Shown: positions 63,207 to 64,000 of the stretch, piece by piece | Position numbering within the stretch: position 1 is the first letter of the stretch | Layout: each line of letters opens with the position of its first letter | NCBI GenBank assembly: GCA_022821875.1 | Contig: JAJECV010000070.1 | Coordinates: forward strand, 18,676 to 82,675 | From: Rhodothermales bacterium | GTDB lineage: Bacteria; Bacteroidota; Rhodothermia; Rhodothermales; Bin80 | Reading direction: 5' to 3' | DNA: 64,000 nt | Made by a program: the position numbers and the translations under genes | The notes under the pieces: model-generated | What the model was told of the DNA's origin: nothing | What the model saw: the letters and a program-made list of their open reading frames with translations, nothing else | Database searches by the model: none

Positions 63207-64000
63207 TTTTCAAAAGCATTGTCTGGAGATCACCAAGCGTTTCCTTTTGACAGCAATTGTCGTTGACGACGAACTCAATCTCTCCGAGCCGTCAGCAGCA
63301 CGCGATGATCTCACAACACCGAATTCCAACGCCGAAACCTCAGAGGATGGATCGGATAACCAGCCACCACTACGCCCCCTCAGAGTTGATGAAATAACGT
63401 CGTCATTTTCTCGCAGTGGTATGGTATGTGGAGTCGTGTCACCCGAAACGGGGGGCAATGACTCAACTTTTGCTAAGACTTTGAACCGTGCAGACATAAT
63501 TATCCTGGACTGGCGGTTGAGTCGAAAAAATGGATACACTGCTTTGCCATTATTGCAGAAGATTCTTTCGGAGGGATCTCAATATCAACTTCGTCTGATC
63601 GCCATCTATACTGGGGAGCCTGATCCCAAAAGAATCCTTGATGAGATACGGCGTAGTGTCCCTAAGGTCAATGCAAGTGGTCAAGACTCTAATGTGATTG
63701 ATGTTGGTGCATGCCGTATTGTAGTGTATCTCAAAGATCGTACAAAAACCACGACCCAGAATATGCACCTTACTCTGGGTGAAGAAAATTTACCTGACCG
63801 TCTCATCCATGATTTTGCTGACAAAGTTGGGGGGCTTCTACCCAGTATTGTAATGACCGCATTAACTGCGGTCAGAAAGAACGTTTATCGGGTTCTGGAG
63901 CGTTTTGGAGCAGAACTGGACCCCGCATTCTTAACACACCAGACATGTCTGCCCCAGCCGCAAGAAGCACAACAGCATATTGTGGAACAGATTGCAAGTG
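63187..64000 (+). CDS. Receiver (REC)-like domain protein, 3' end outside window
   Basis: This is not in the ORF track because no stop is reached. Frame 1 from ATG 63187 (or 63199) reads MPVPMNDFQKHCLEITKRFLLTAIVVDDE...ADIIILDWRL...RLIAIYTGEPD, a REC-like acidic pocket/Asp/Thr pattern. It overlaps the upstream stop. Confidence 0.5.
   Translation, partial: MPVPMNDFQKHCLEITKRFLLTAIVVDDELNLSEPSAARDDLTTPNSNAETSEDGSDNQPPLRPLRVDEITSSFSRSGMVCGVVSPETGGNDSTFAKTLNRADIIILDWRLSRKNGYTALPLLQKILSEGSQYQLRLIAIYTGEPDPKRILDEIRRSVPKVNASGQDSNVIDVGACRIVVYLKDRTKTTTQNMHLTLGEENLPDRLIHDFADKVGGLLPSIVMTALTAVRKNVYRVLERFGAELDPAFLTHQTCLPQPQEAQQHIVEQIAS

Overview
This 64-kb window is bacterial. A T9SS-type C-terminal sorting domain, a Bat-like DUF58/vWA locus and many lipoproteins suggest a Bacteroidota/Rhodothermota-like lineage, but that is inference only. 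From 1 to about 27.4 kb the window holds moderately GC-rich housekeeping and envelope genes: a flippase 3' end, an LRR/T9SS surface protein, a YVTN propeller, a DUF58-BatA-vWA locus, two paralogous beta-propeller lipoproteins and an FprA-type reductase. Two insertions interrupt this stretch. The first is a low-GC cassette at 0.7-4.6 kb encoding an ATPase, a TOPRIM-like protein and a DUF262 protein. The second is a mobile-element graveyard at 19.1-24.5 kb. It contains an IS transposase and a very GC-rich 2.6-kb element bounded by ~70-bp direct repeats, whose tyrosine recombinase and GIY-YIG genes each carry a 1-nt frameshift. From about 27.4 kb to the window end lies a lower-GC island of roughly 36 kb packed with defence-type genes. 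It contains a Dcm-Vsr-GHKL-Z1-PD-(D/E)XK-AIPR (Mza-like) locus, a split nucleotidyltransferase-like gene with an XRE-ImmA regulator, a DprA/Smf-like gene, and a C5-MTase/HNH/N6-MTase R-M operon. It also holds a SWIM+SNF2 pair and a third C5-MTase followed by a double-GHKL/His-kinase-like ATPase and a receiver-like gene that is cut by the window end. The most unusual locus is a tightly coupled six-gene minus-strand operon (38795-48551). Its first gene, encoding a lipoprotein/membrane protein, carries a G14/C14 tract that currently puts both candidate ATGs out of frame. Its second gene encodes a 1688-aa protein with FtsZ/tubulin-like GTPase motifs at the N-terminus and actin/Hsp70-like ATPase motifs in the C-terminal third. 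The remaining four genes encode a small helical protein, a 455-aa lipoprotein, and a MotA/ExbB-like protein with a long repeat-bearing coiled-coil tail paired with a MotB/TolR-like protein. I do not recognise this combination as a described system. No rRNA, tRNA or CRISPR array was seen. All family calls rest on motif recognition by eye, with no searches run.
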